The notes beneath the pieces were generated by a model, which saw nothing but the letters and a program-made list of their open reading frames with translations, was not told where the DNA came from and searched no databases. This document shows, in pieces, positions 11,666 through 24,305 of a stretch of 49,677 nucleotides of DNA. The DNA lies in assembly GCF_001194135.2 (NCBI RefSeq), contig NC_069002.1:29977572-30027248 (forward strand), in the 5' to 3' direction. Numbering within the stretch: position 1 is the first letter of the stretch; each line of letters opens with the position of its first letter. This DNA is from Octopus bimaculoides (Eukaryota). Both the position numbers and the translations under genes were made by a program.

Positions 11666-12754
11666 TATATATATTCTTTTATTCTTTTATTATATATTTT
11701 AGTCCGGTTTTCACATTTTTTATTATTGCATTTAAAAAAAGTTTTTTACGATGTTGATGTGTTTTAAACATGAAACAAATATTTTGTAATATTCATAAAT
11801 TTCAATTAGCGCTTTCATACGTTCATAGTAAGCATCAGATTTCAAAATGTATTTAATTGACAGTTAAGTGTTTAACAACTGTAGTGAAATGACTGACTTC
11901 TTCCTTTTTATACCTCTTAGACGGCTCCAGCAAGCTGAATCTTTCGAGTACGGTTTTGACCAATCCGCATGCATTTAAACGCCACGGTTTAATATATTAT
12001 TCTATACACATTTACGCAAATTTGGAAAATATGTATTATTATAAATAATGTTCTGTTCTGTGATAGAAAGATCAACAAAAAAGTACTCCATGTTGTGAGA
12101 GATGAATATAATTTATTTAAAGGACATAGTACATGTCTTTAATAGCTACTAATAGTTTCATATGTTGAGAAATATGTCAAATATATACATCAAGCACATA
12201 TCATTATGAACTAAAAATACTGAATGAAAGCCTAAACACGAAAAGCTGAGAAGGCACTTGCACAATCGATTCGCATTTCTCAAACTGCAGCACACAAAAA
12301 GACNNNNNNNNNNNNNNNNNNNNNNNNNNNNNNNNNNNNNNNNNNNNNNNNNNNNNNNNNNNNNNNNNNNNNNNNNNNNNNNNNNNNNNNNNNNNNNNNN
12401 NNNATGTATATAAACACCAAAATTTCTTAAAATTGCTCTAAATTTGAAATTATTTCCACGAAAACTTACAGTTAGACATTTATTTTTAGGACTGCATGCC
12501 AATAATACTTTTACTTTTTATTTTCATATTTTAACTATATTTTATTCGTTGTTGTTTTTTGTGGGTGGGTGTGAAGGTAATCTTCATAATAACATTTTTA
12601 TATTAAAAGTATTTATTCTATTTTAGTAACTTATTATTCAAAACATGTGAAGAAGAGGTTTTGTAAATATTGTTGCTTCTTATTCTTTCTTATGTTTCTT
12701 TGTTATTTTTATTAGATTTATTGCTGTTGTTGTTGTTGTTATTATTATTATTAC

Positions 12755-12787
<33 letters not shown>

Positions 12788-12804
12788 GATAATCATCTTC
12801 ATTA

Positions 12805-13015
12805 AGGCGGCGAGCTGGGAAAATCGTTAGCACCTCGGGCGAAATTCTTAGCGGTATTTCGTCTGTCTGTCTTCACATTCTGAGTTCAAATTCCACCGAG
12901 GTCGAATTTTACTTTCATCCTTTCGGAGTCGACGAATTGAATGCCTATGAAATATTGAGATCGATGTAATCGAATAATCGCCCCCTCAAAATTTCAGGTC
13001 TTGCACCTTCAGTAG
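12805..13015 (+). mobile_element. SINE family B
   Basis: aaggcggcgagctggg...cgttagcac...ctgagttcaaattccaccgaggtcg, immediately after (TTA)n. Confidence 0.85.
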
Positions 13016-13288
13016 AAATTATTTTTTGTTTTGCATTTGTACAAGTTGGATCCAAGTTTCACCCAGAGACCTCAAGAGACAACAAGTTAGAAGTTCATGT
13101 AGGTGTTATGCCTAGGGTACCATATATTTGGATTTGTACAATTTTGTTCAAGTGAATGTTTAAGAAACCATAAGAAAATTATGTGTTTGCTTTAAAATTT
13201 GAGATCACATAGACAGTATTTTACGTAGGATATGGGCAGTTCCCATGAGCACTATCTTTTGAACTTCAGCCATTTTGGGGTTTCCTGG

Positions 13289-13353
<65 letters not shown>

Positions 13354-13356
13354 TAA

Positions 13357-13530
13357 GACAGCGAACTGGCAGAATTATTAGCGCTCTGGAAGAAATGCTT
13401 AGCGATATTTCGCCCTTCGCTAAGTTCTGAGTTCAAATTCCATCGAGGTCGACTTTGCCTTTCATCCCATCGGTGTCGATAAATTAAGTACCAGCGAAAC
13501 ACTGGGATCGACGTTATTGACTACTCTTCT
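13357..13530 (+). mobile_element. SINE family B
   Basis: gcgaactggcagaattattagcgc...ctgagttcaaattccatcgaggtcgactttgcc, immediately after (TTA)n. Confidence 0.85.
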
Positions 13531-14239
13531 CCTCCACAGTACAGGTGAGATTTTCTACAGAGGGGGGAAGCGAGGAACTGGTTCTGGTGCCTATCTACCT
13601 GGGTTATTGAGTAGCAAGAATTTAAATTAGATATATTCTACCAGAAATAGACATCAGCTGGGTGGTGCCAGCTGTCCTTCTGAGGTACAGAAGCTGCAAG
13701 AACAAAACTAGTTGGGTCAAGGCATGGAGTTGTGGGTGCAGTTGGATTAGGAAGTGTAGGAGCAATCCCGGACATCATAAGTTTGTCAGATGACACTAAC
13801 CTTCATATGGTCGTTGAGGGCAGAAAGTTGAGATATCACCTGTGTGGAGATACAAATCCACAGCTAAATGAAGAAAAGTACACTCCTGCCAACACGACTA
13901 TTACAAAAGCAATAACAAGGGCAACAACATGGAAGGTGACCGCTACAGCAGCAAAGCAAAAACAACAACAATAACAGCAACAGAATTACGGTAGTATCTA
14001 CAGCAGTAGCGACAACAGCAACAAGAACAATAACAGTTGGAGCAGAAAACTCACCAACATCAGTCTTCGACATTCCAGACAGCAGCAAAACAACGGAGTC
14101 AGAATCACCAAAAACAAAATATTTATTAACAGAACAGCAAAAATCGCCCCAAAACATACCCCTCTCCTTTTCGGACCCCTCGAATATGTCTTGTAATGAA
14201 GGGGAAAATGAAGAGCGTATATTGCAAAAAAAGTCGCCA

Positions 14240-15185
14240 AGCTTACAAAAAAAAAGAACCATGGTTCCGTTTTTCGTGGCTTGGATCGCAGCAATGTGAT
14301 ATCTGCTCCCGTAGTTCGGATGAATGGTTATCTATTGGAACTATTCAGCATCATGCGCTCGGTCCGTCAAGGTTGTCCTCTATCGTCTCTTCTGTGTGCA
14401 ATGGCCCTAGATCCACAATTGCAGAAATTGAGAGGCATCCCACACGAACTAGGACGCTGGAGACGTGTCAACATACACAAACGATTTCGCTGTCATAGTG
14501 TCGAACTGCAGGCACGTAGACCTGATCGGCACTGCTCCAAAAGAATACGAGGCAGTGGCAGAAAGACCAAGGAAACAAAGAAAAGTCGGTGGGTCTGCAG
14601 TTCAGTACCTGGAGATCAGTTAAACTGCTCGGGGTCTGGTTTGGTCCGCAAATCCAGGAGGAGAAGGACTGGACGATGTGACGAGCAGAGAGGCCAATCT
14701 TACCCAGAAATGGACCTAGAGAAAGCTATCTCTGAAAAGCCGAGCGAATGCTTACATCACCTCCGTTATATACTACTGCCTGACCGTCGTGCCCTACCCC
14801 TGTTTACGTCTGGCCAGACTGGAACACACACTCTTCCGCTTTCTGTGGAAGGAACACGTTCCACTAGTCAAGCACTTCGATTTGCTCTCAATACCCGCTG
14901 AATGGAGAACTGAGCATGCCGTGGCTACTGATGTGCAGACATGCGCTGAAGCGAAGACATTTCCAGTGCTTCCTTGACGATGAGCAGGTATGGTCGCCGC
15001 TTAACAAACAGAATTTTCCACAACTCATCTCTTCAACTGAGCTGCAATCCTGTATTAAGCGTAGACGGAAGCAAGGCGCCTGGTACCTCGAGTGTCGTCT
15101 GGCGCTCACTGTCCTCTATCAGTTGGACAATGTGGTCGGTGGAAGTTCTACTCTGGAGCTCTATAGATTGCTAGTGGCGGGCAAG
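14240..15185 (+). mobile_element. Decayed Tx1/L1-clade LINE reverse-transcriptase fragment
   Basis: VRMNGYLLELFSIMRSVRQGCPLSSLLCAMALDP (RT motif RSVRQGCPLS) and, in another frame, PCLRLARLEHTLFRFLWK; multiple frameshifts. Confidence 0.8.
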
Positions 15186-15187
15186 TG

Positions 15188-15410
15188 TCCGTGTTTGTCC
15201 CCCCACCCCACCCAACATCGCTTGACAACTTATGCTACTGTTTTTGCGTCTCCCTTTAGCTTAGCGGTTCAGTAAAAAAAAAAAAGACCTTTAGAATAAG
15301 TACCAGACTTACAAAGAATAAGTCGTGGGGTTGATTTGTTCGACTAAAGGAGGTGCTCCAGCATGGCCGCAGTCAATTGACTGAAACAAATAAAAAGAAA
15401 AGAAAGAAAG
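15188..15410 (+). mobile_element. SINE family A 3' half
   Basis: gtgtttgtcccccc...catcgcttgacaac...cgactaaaggaggtgctccagcatggccgcagtc. Confidence 0.8.
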
Positions 15411-16167
15411 GATCCTCATTATTTCTATTATTTACATTCTTTTCATTCCAGTTTAGTACCCTAACCATTTTTTGTCATAATTATTTTGCTGATTACAATC
15501 GAATGTAATTTTCAAACTGTTTTCACTTTATAACCTTCTTAGTTTCCACTTTTTTTTTTTAATTTTTAGAATTCTTAAAGCGATTTCTTTAAGATGAATA
15601 CGTTGTTTTTTTTCGTTTTGGCTTTTTTCGTGCAGTTTTTGTTGTTATTGTTGTTGTTTTTGTTAAAAACTCTTTATTAATCTTCGCAGGAAAGAGTAAA
15701 AGAAATGAAACAAACTTGAATAAAAAAGTATTCACAAAGAAATGAACCAAAAAAATGAGGCCAAATTTAATTTAGAGAAAAAAAATAACGTCATTTGGAA
15801 TCAGTTTTTGGTGCAAAATGAATTTTCGAAACGACGTTTATATTTTTTATCTTATTTAAGTCATTGCAATGTCAGACTTTAGATTCTATCAAGGAAAACC
15901 AAAAGTTATGTAAATAAGAGATTTCTTCACCATTTTTGCGGAGATGTACTTTATCTCAAAAGCGTTGTGCACCTGGCCCTTCATGTCGCATGTCGTTCAA
16001 CAATAGGGTCCACGTTTTTTAGAAATATTAAGATTATTTTCGACAAGTGGAGCGGAACTGGTGTCGATGTAATCGACTTACATCCTTGAAGCGGTCTTTC
16101 AACATGGCCACAGTTCAACGACCGAAACAAGTATAAGATAAAAGACACCACATAAAAAAGTATGTAT

Positions 16168-16329
16168 GCGTAGGAGTGGCTGTGTGGTAAGTAGCTTGCT
16201 TACCAACCACATGGTTCCGGGTTCAGTCCCACTGCGTGGCACCTTGGGCAAGTGTCTTCTACTATAGTCTCGGGCCGACCAAAGCCTTGTGAGTGGATTT
16301 GGTAGACGGAAACTGAAAGAAGCCCGTCG

Positions 16330-16374
<45 letters not shown>

Positions 16375-16590
16375 TTGTGTGTCTGTGTTTGTCCCCCGAC
16401 ATCGCTTGACAACCGATGCTGGTGTGTTTACGTCCCCGTAACTTAGTGGTTCGGCAAAAAGAGCCCGATAGAATAAGTAAGTACTAGGCTTTCAAAGAAT
16501 AAGTCCTGGGGTCGATTTTCTCGACTAAAGGCGGTGCTCCAGCATGGCCACAATCAAATGACTGAAACAAGTAAAAGAGTAAAAGAGTGT
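16168..16590 (+). mobile_element. Full-length SINE family A
   Basis: Intact A-box TGGCTGTGTGG and B-box GGTTCAGTCCC, CORE-like ggcaccttgggcaagtgtctt, internal (TA)n(TG)n, 3' tail tgactgaaacaagtaaaagag. Confidence 0.9.
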
Positions 16591-16783
16591 ATGCGTATTT
16601 ATATACTACGTATATGGAGAGATGCGTGAATGTGTGAGTATCTGTATGTCTACATGCACATACGGAAGTGCATGTATGTAGACGATATATGCGCGCTTGT
16701 GTGTGTGAGTGAATGCGTATAGTCATCACATGCGGTGGTGAGTGCATTTCAATACAGACTGTAAGAAATAACAAGGTACATAC

Positions 16784-16888
16784 CTGTATCACAAGTTAAG
16801 CTGCAAGGACTGATAATGTTGGCTCGCCAGGAGTAGATCAACAAGTGACCATCAGCTTCAACATTATTGTGATCTACAGAGGAATTAT
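16784..16888 (-). CDS. ADAMTSL2: ADAMTSL2-like exon: end of linker and first half of TSP1 repeat (phase 1 to 1, 105 nt)
   Basis: On -: tttccattgcAG|at aat tcc...gat aca g|GTATGT. Reads (N)NSSVDHNNVEADGHLLIYSWRANIISPCSLTCDT(G), matching the YRW...PCSATCTTG start of ADAMTSL2 TSR2. Absent from the ORF track. A second acceptor exists at 16932. Confidence 0.8.
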
Positions 16889-17349
16889 CTGCAATGGAAA
16901 CCGAGAAATGTTCAGTTTTCTTGTGTCGTAGGCTTGAGAAGAAAAAAAAGGTGGGTTAAACCAAAATAGTAAAATATAATACATTTTATCCAACGTGTTG
17001 TTCTTTTGAAGGAAAATATGAGAAGTGAGTTCGCTGCCTTGTTTCTATGCTTCTTTTATTTTTTTGAGGTTTTTTTAGTCAGAAGGAAAGGTATGGCCCA
17101 TGATCCTGTGTCCCTTCACAGAGTTTCGGAAACTAATGGGCGGGAGTTAAAGTGGCAGATATCCTCAAATCGGAGTTTTGGCCCGAATACTTACAAAGTG
17201 GTATCCAATGTGCCTGGTGATGCTAGTGGTTTTGGTGGTAGTGGTGATATGAATGGTGGTGGTGATGGTGGTGGTGGTGCTGCTGCTACTGCTGGTGCTG
17301 GTGGTGCTGGTGGTGCTGGTGGTGGTGTGGGTGATGTACAGCAGGTGAT

Positions 17350-17760
17350 CAGGCCATAGTGGATTTGAATACAGAACGCAAAGAACCGAAGCAAATACCC
17401 CCAGGCATCCACTGTGGCGTTCTTGAAGTTCCGCCAATCTACAGACCTTGATTGATAGAATTTCCTTTATCGACAATCAGAAAGGAAGAAAAGCAATGTC
17501 ACCCGCGGTTGGATTTGAACTCAGAGCTTTTAATTCGGAACCAATACTGCAAGGTATCGAGTCCAACGTTCTTAAAGCTTCACCAATCCAGCGCTCTGGA
17601 ATAGGTACGTTTTTTATCAACCCACACTCTAAAAAGGATGAAAGACAAAGTTGACTTCGGCAGCATTTGAACTTGGAGTGCAGAGAGCCGGAAGAAATAC
17701 TACACTTATAAGAAATTTTGTCCGATGCTCCAACGAATCTGCCAATTCTCCACATTTTCT
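17350..17760 (-). mobile_element. Cluster of degenerate SINE family B heads
   Basis: Three partial matches (about 17350-17450, 17480-17600, 17625-17760) to gagttcaaat...gccgaagtcaactttgtctttcatcc. Confidence 0.55.
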
Positions 17761-18076
17761 CGTTTTGGGAAAGAGTAGCATCAGTTTTCTTTTTGCGGGA
17801 GGATGGTTGTGTTTTTAAAGATTTTGATACGGGCACAGGAAAAAAGAAAGCCATCATTTGACCGGAAACTTGGCCCGAATGCTCAAAGCGCAGTGAACCC
17901 CGCGAGCTAAAGGCACACAAGGAACAGTTGGGGGTGTTAAACCGTGCCACCGATTAAGTGAACCGCCCATGAACAGATCTCGTCCTTCCGTGCTCTCCAT
18001 GCAGGTTCCGCCAATCAAATTCCAATTACGAAGTTTTCGTCGGCCCATAGCTATAGTAAAAGACACCTGTTTAAAG

Positions 18077-18695
18077 GCGCAGGAGTGGCTGTGAGGTAAG
18101 TAGCTTGCTTACCAACCACATGGTCCCGGGTTCAGTCCCACTGCGTGGCACCTTGGGCAAGTGTCTTCTACTATAGTCACGGGCCGACCAAAGCCTTGTG
18201 AGTGGATTTGGTAGACGGAAACTGAAAGAAGCCCGTCGTATATATGTATATATATATATATATATNNNNNNNNNNNNNNNNNNNNNNNNNNNNNNNNNNN
18301 NNNNNNNNNNNNNNNNNNNNNNNNNNNNNNNNNNNNNNNNNNNNNNNNNNNNNNNNNNNNNNNNNNNNNNNNNNNNNNNNNNNNNNNNNNNNNNNNNNNN
18401 NNNNNNNNNNNNNNNNNNNNNNNNNNNNNNNNNNNNNNNNNNNNNNNNNNNNNNNNNNNNNNNNNNNNNNNNNTGTGTGTGTTTGTGTGTCTGTGTTTGT
18501 CTCCCCAACTTCGCTTGACAACCGATGCTGGTGTGTTTACGTCCCCGTAACTTAGCAGTTCGGCAAAAGACACCGATAGAATAAGTACTAGGCTTACAAA
18601 GAATAAGTCCTGGGGTCGATTTGCTCGACTAAAGGCGGTGCTCCAGCATGGCTGCAGTCAAATGACTGAAGCAAGTAAAAGAATAAAAGAGTAAA
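18077..18695 (+). mobile_element. Full-length SINE family A (gap inside internal microsatellite)
   Basis: Only about 4 differences from the 16168 copy over the first ~165 nt. Confidence 0.9.
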
Positions 18696-20043
18696 GAGAG
18701 AGAGAGTAGGATCGGCCCCAGAAAGCACTACTTAATTTAGTTACAAAGTACAACGCTTTAACCATTCGGCCATCTCATTGCTAGCCATTACGATCGAATA
18801 AACTTTTGGTTCTGTCGAAATTCTTTGGAACTATTCCGGTGATTTATCAACTCATTACTCAAACTTCTTGATTTCATCTACTTGCACGTTTCTTCCGGAA
18901 TGAAATATTATCGCTTTGCTTATTTCTTCATGTTCACTACAGAATACATCTGTTTTGCCGAAACCAAAACTGAGAGACGGGGTATGCGAGTGAGTTGGAG
19001 AGGGTGTAAGCAGAGGAAATCAATGTCTGAATCGAGAAATTAGTTAAACGCACACACACACACACACACACACACNNNNNNNNNNNNNNNNNNNNNNNNN
19101 NNNNNNNNNNNNNNNNNNNNNNNNNNNNNNNNNNNNNNNNNNNNNNNNNNNNNNNNNNNNNNNNNNNNNNNNNNNNNNNNNNNNNNNNNNNNNNNNNNNN
19201 NNNNNNNNNNNNNNNNNNNNNNNNNNNNNNNNNNNNNNNNNNNNNNNNNNNNNNNNNNNNNNNNNNNNNNNNNNNNNNNNNNNNNNNNNNNNNNNNNNNN
19301 NNNNNNNNNNNNNNNNNNNNNNNNNNNNNNNNNNNNNNNNNNNNNNNNNNNNNNNNNNNNNNNNNNNNNNNNNNNNNNNNNNNNNNNNNNNNNNNNNNNN
19401 NNNNNNNNNNNNNNNNNNNNNNNNNNNNNNNNNNNNNNNNNNNNNNNNNNNNNNNNNNNNNNNNNNNNNNNNNNNNNNNNNNNNNNNNNNNNNNNNNNNN
19501 NNNNNNNNNNNNNNNNNNNNNNNNNNNNNNNNNNNNNNNNNNNNNNNNNNNNNNNNNNNNNNNNNNNNNNNNNNNNNNNNNNNNNNNNNNNNNNNNNNNN
19601 NNNNNNNNNNNNNNNNNNNNATATATATATTATGTATATGTGTGTGTGTGTGTGTAATTAGTTTCACAGTAAATATAACCAGTGTCTTACGAATATCAAA
19701 AATTGCAATACCAACAGTAGAATGTTTTATGATGTGTTTGGTAATCTATCCTTTATTTCCACTCGTATGTATTTTGTAACATGTGGACTTGAAGAAAAAA
19801 TCTCTCTCTTGGAATTTACACGGCCACTGGGGGTTCTTGAGTCTTGTTTTTAGCAGCTTGATAAATGGCGAAATAAATCAATATTTCAGCCAGGAAATCT
19901 CAGGTAGATCTATTTCACAAGGCTTTTTGAGGTTTTTTTTATTATGATAATACGTTGACTCTCAAAACAGACAGTGTGTTATACACTACTTGCTGAAAAT
20001 TATATCACACAGTATATATACATATATGCATATATAAAAGAAG

Positions 20044-20190
20044 CAGGCGTGGCTACGGGGTTAGAAGATTGCTTCCTCATGATTCTGGGTCCAGTCCCAC
20101 TGCGTGACACCCTGGCAAGCGTCTCCTGCTATAGGTGACCAAAGCCTCGTGTGTGAGCGTGGTAGATGGAAAACTGAAAGGTGCTCATAT
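20044..20190 (+). mobile_element. SINE family A 5' half, diverged
   Basis: caggcgtggctac...tctgggtccagtcccactgcgtgacaccctggcaagcgtctcc. Confidence 0.7.
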
Positions 20191-20419
20191 TATATGAGTA
20201 TCTGTGCGTGTGTGCATGAGGGTGTTTGTGTATGTGTGTGTGTGTGTCCATGTACGTGTCCATGTATGTGTCCATGTGTGTGTGCGTGTGTGCGTGTACG
20301 TGTGTGTGTGTATGTGTGTATAAAGCCAATTCTCAAATAATATTCCACTGATGTCTAACAAAGTGAAGGGAGGGAGAGTGAAGGGAGGGCGAGAGAGTGG
20401 TGGAGGGAAATAAAACTGA

Positions 20420-20915
20420 ACATACGCACGTACATACATACATACATTCATACATACATACATAAAAACATACATACATACATACATACATACATACATA
20501 CATACATACGTACGTACAAACATGCATACATACATACAAACATACATTCATGCATATATACATACAAACATACATTCATAATACATACATACAAATATGC
20601 ATGCATACACACATAAGTACCTACGTACATACATACATACATACCTACATACATACATACATACTTTCATTCATACATACTTTCATGCATACATACATAC
20701 ATACATACATACATACATACATACATACATACTTTCATACATACATACATACATACATACATACATACTTTCATTCATACATACTTTCATGCATACATAC
20801 ATACATACATACATACATACATACATACATACATACATACTTTCATACATACATACATACATACATACATACATACTTTCATGCATACATACATACATAC
20901 ATACAAACATACATT
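20420..20915. repeat. (CATA)n array with recurring ACTTTCAT variant units
   Basis: Direct reading. Confidence 0.9.
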
Positions 20916-21892
20916 ACAATGACTGACTGTGCAATGCAGTTGGTGTTAATTAACAGAGGTATATTAACTACGGAAATACATCTAATTATTTCATTAGTAT
21001 TTATCATTAACGTTAGCAGAGTTTTCGTAATTCTAATTACTAAGCCCCTTCCTCAATGAAAGGAATGTTTTGTTATCAAACTGTCTTGTAATTAGTTTCA
21101 CGAAAACCTTGTTGTTTACTTCGTAATGAGATAGTCACGAACACAATACGTAACAAAATATTATCTCTAATAATAATTAATTGTATAAACGTTAGATATT
21201 ACAGCTTAGTAATACACTTGGTTAATACACTGTTCAAATGTAAGTAAATTCCTTCTTTTTCCTTCCGTGAAGAGAAAGAAAAAGGAAACCTCAACCTGAC
21301 TGGTTTCGATTCCACTTGGAACTTTGTCAGAGCTCAAGCTTGTACGCCGACATAATTTATCCTTGTGGGACGGAAATAGCTGATAGCTATTTATAATCCT
21401 AATATAATGCCTTCTCTCGATCTATTTAGCTGATGTGGGTAATAGATCTAAATTTTCTGTAGACATTAACCTAATAGCTTTCGAGCCTAATTAGGGTATT
21501 CACCAGAGACCGTCGCTCATCACCGCTCAGTCTGAGCTAGATATATTTATAATCATAATACATTACGACCTCTACATTGGTTTGTCTGCATAAAAAATCT
21601 AAGCTATCGCCCTGCATAATAAATCTAAATTATCTCTAATGATTAATAATATAAATGTTATATATCGCTGTGTTGTATAATATACTGGACAACTATAAAT
21701 AAATTCCTTTTTCATTTTTTTATGACCAGGAAAAGATGTACGTAAACCTGCGTAATTTCGATTCTAACAGGAGCTTCACCAGAAACCAAGCTTGTGAACC
21801 CGCTCAATCTACTTATAGTCAGTTTGTCTGATTTGCATAAATAAGTCAGACAAACCGATTCCGAGAAGTCATAACATATGATTATAAATAGC

Positions 21893-21919
<27 letters not shown>

Positions 21920-21924
<5 letters not shown>

Positions 21925-22270
21925 TGTATGTCATTATTCAGTTTGAGTTCAAGATTTCTTGCCAATAGAGAAAGAGCCAGTTTCTAACTTAGATTCATTG
22001 GAATTTCAACAACGCCAACAGGGTATTTTTGTATGTATGTATGTATGTATGTCTCTTCTATTTTTTAATTCTTATAAATCTTCCACTGAGAAGGGAGCCG
22101 GTTTCCAACAAAGATGCAAGACTCCATCTTTGGGATGTAGTTAACACAAATTCATATTAGGAACTTGAGAAAAGTCTTGCATATTTTTACTGTTCCACTC
22201 ACAGATACGACCTGCAATGTATGAATTAGCCGGTCGATACGTTTGTATGTATGTATGTATGTATGTATGT
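21920..22270 (-). mobile_element. Two abutting RLE-LINE 3' end fragments (related subfamilies)
   Basis: 21920-22050 is the shared 3' UTR with CATA tail; about 22140-22240 encodes LQVVSVSGTVKICKTFLKFLI*, paralogous to the 43867 terminus. Confidence 0.6.
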
Positions 22271-22789
22271 ATGTATGCATGTATGTAATACTTGTATGTG
22301 ATGTGTTGTGAATTTATGGAAAGGAATTCCATAAAACTCAACAGTTTTGTTAAGAATGGAGAAGAGATGTTGAAATATATAAGAGAATTTTAATTCATTC
22401 AGACGATCGTTTCGTACAGAGATATAAAAACAATGCAAATTCATGGTTGAATTGAATTTAATTAAATTAATTATATATCACTGTACTCTTCAGTTCAGGA
22501 AGTATAAACAAAATTTTTACAAAGAACTTAAGAAAGGAAATAGCAGAATAGAATCTAGGAGATCCATATTTATCCTTATGAGAAAAAATGATATGTGAGT
22601 CCAGTTTGGTATTAACTATATAAAGCGATGTAGCCATTAGTTATAGTTAATACCTAACTGGACTTATATCTTTTTTTCTCCTAAGGATAAATATGAATCT
22701 TTTAGATTCTATAAATTAGAAAATTACTATTTTAAATCTCACAACGAGAGATATTCAGCAACAGTACTTTGTAGTAAANNNNNNNNNNT

Positions 22790-23035
22790 AGTTGCATATC
22801 TAGACATGCTCAAATATATTTAAATGATAAACTTCTGGGAAGTTTTTAAAATTTTTCCAGTTCCAGTGATGGATTGGATCTGTAGTCTTCGAATTAGCTT
22901 TCTCCTTTCTGCTTTTGAGAAGCCTAATTTCTCAAGATTGGCAATGAGTTACATATCCCAGGGCCCCAATAATTACATATATATGTATGTATGTATGTAC
23001 GTATGTATGTATGTATGTATGTATGTATGTATGCA
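22790..23035 (-). mobile_element. Same RLE-LINE 3' end family, fragment
   Basis: VIIGALGYVTH and the downstream tccaatccatcactggaactgg motif shared with the 43530 copy. Confidence 0.65.
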
Positions 23036-23044
23036 TATATGTAT

Positions 23045-23225
23045 GTGCGTGTGTGTGTGTATATACACGAAAGGTTTCTTTCAGTTTCCGTCTCACAAAT
23101 TCACTCGTAAAGCAGGGGTCGACCCAGAGCTTTTGTATAGGATGCATGCCTGAGGCGGCGGCACAATGGCACTGACCCCAAAGTCACGTAGCTGTAAGGT
23201 GAGCTTCTTAACCACATAGCCATGA
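23045..23225 (-). mobile_element. SINE family A 5' half
   Basis: Reverse complement reads ggctatgtggttaagaagctc...gagacggaaactgaaagaaacctttcgtg. Confidence 0.7.
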
Positions 23226-23557
23226 ACAAATATGAAAAAAAAAAAGTTTTAATTGTTAAGAACTAAAAACAATAAAACCATTAATTCTTTTTCTGTCCAC
23301 CGCGAGATAAAACGATATTTGTTAACAACTTGTTCGCGTATATTAGTTCATACATCACACAGGTGATTAAAATTTTTATTATAATTATTAGATATGCTTC
23401 ACATTATCAATACTTAAATCATTTCATTCAAACATCATTAGTTAATTGCTTACACTTTTTGTAAACTATTATCTTGTGATGTGTTTGTATATTTGTGTGT
23501 GCGAGGGTACACTGTATACGTGTTTTTATATCTGTGCACGTCTATGTGTGCGTGCGT

Positions 23558-23611
<54 letters not shown>

Positions 23612-23915
23612 TACGCTGTGTTGTTGCAAATATTCAGTCGTAAATCATAAAGATCGCATACGTCTATGTGCAGCTTTGTGTATATGTGTATACATATATG
23701 TGTGGATGTGAGTGCGTGTGTATACATATATACGTATATACTTTTTTATATGTATATGTGTGTGTTCATATATGCATATGTGTGTGTGTATAGAAAAATC
23801 TTTATGTACATATATGTGTATTTATGCATGTGTATGTATAAATATACATACATACACATGGAAACACACACATATATATATTTTTATATTTATATTTATA
23901 CATAAATACATATAT

Positions 23916-23950
<35 letters not shown>

Positions 23951-24273
23951 NNNNNNNNNNNNNNNNNNNNNNNNNNNNNNNNNNNNNNNNNNNNNNNNNN
24001 NNNNNNNNNNNNNNNNNNNNNNNNNNNNNNNNNNNNNNNNNNNNNNNNNNNNNNNNNNNNNNNNNNNNNNNNNTATATATACATATACGTATATATATGT
24101 CAAATACATCAAGACAAGAATGTATTTTAGTTTTAAACTGAACAGGAGTTAATAACCTCAAGGCTAGAGCGATAATTCAAATATATGTAACGTAGAACGA
24201 ATTAGTCAAGGCAGACATTTTAGAATACATACATATATACTTACATACATACATATATGCATGTGCGTGTATG

Positions 24274-24305
<32 letters not shown>

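Noticed and set aside
11921-11990. + strand acceptor-like tract followed by an open frame (GSSKLNLSSTVLTNPH)
   Set aside because: No cysteine pattern and no convincing donor.
13550-13890. GC-richer unique-looking stretch with short ORFs on both strands
   Set aside because: Stops in all frames and no motif I can name; possibly an old retroelement remnant.
16168-16240. tRNA gene calls at A-box/B-box motifs (here and at other SINE heads)
   Set aside because: They continue into SINE bodies, and I see no complete cloverleaf; they are tRNA-derived SINE heads.
17760-18070. GC-richer stretch with WPECSK in one + frame, resembling a TSP1 start
   Set aside because: No following CGxG or further cysteines, an early stop, and no splice acceptor.
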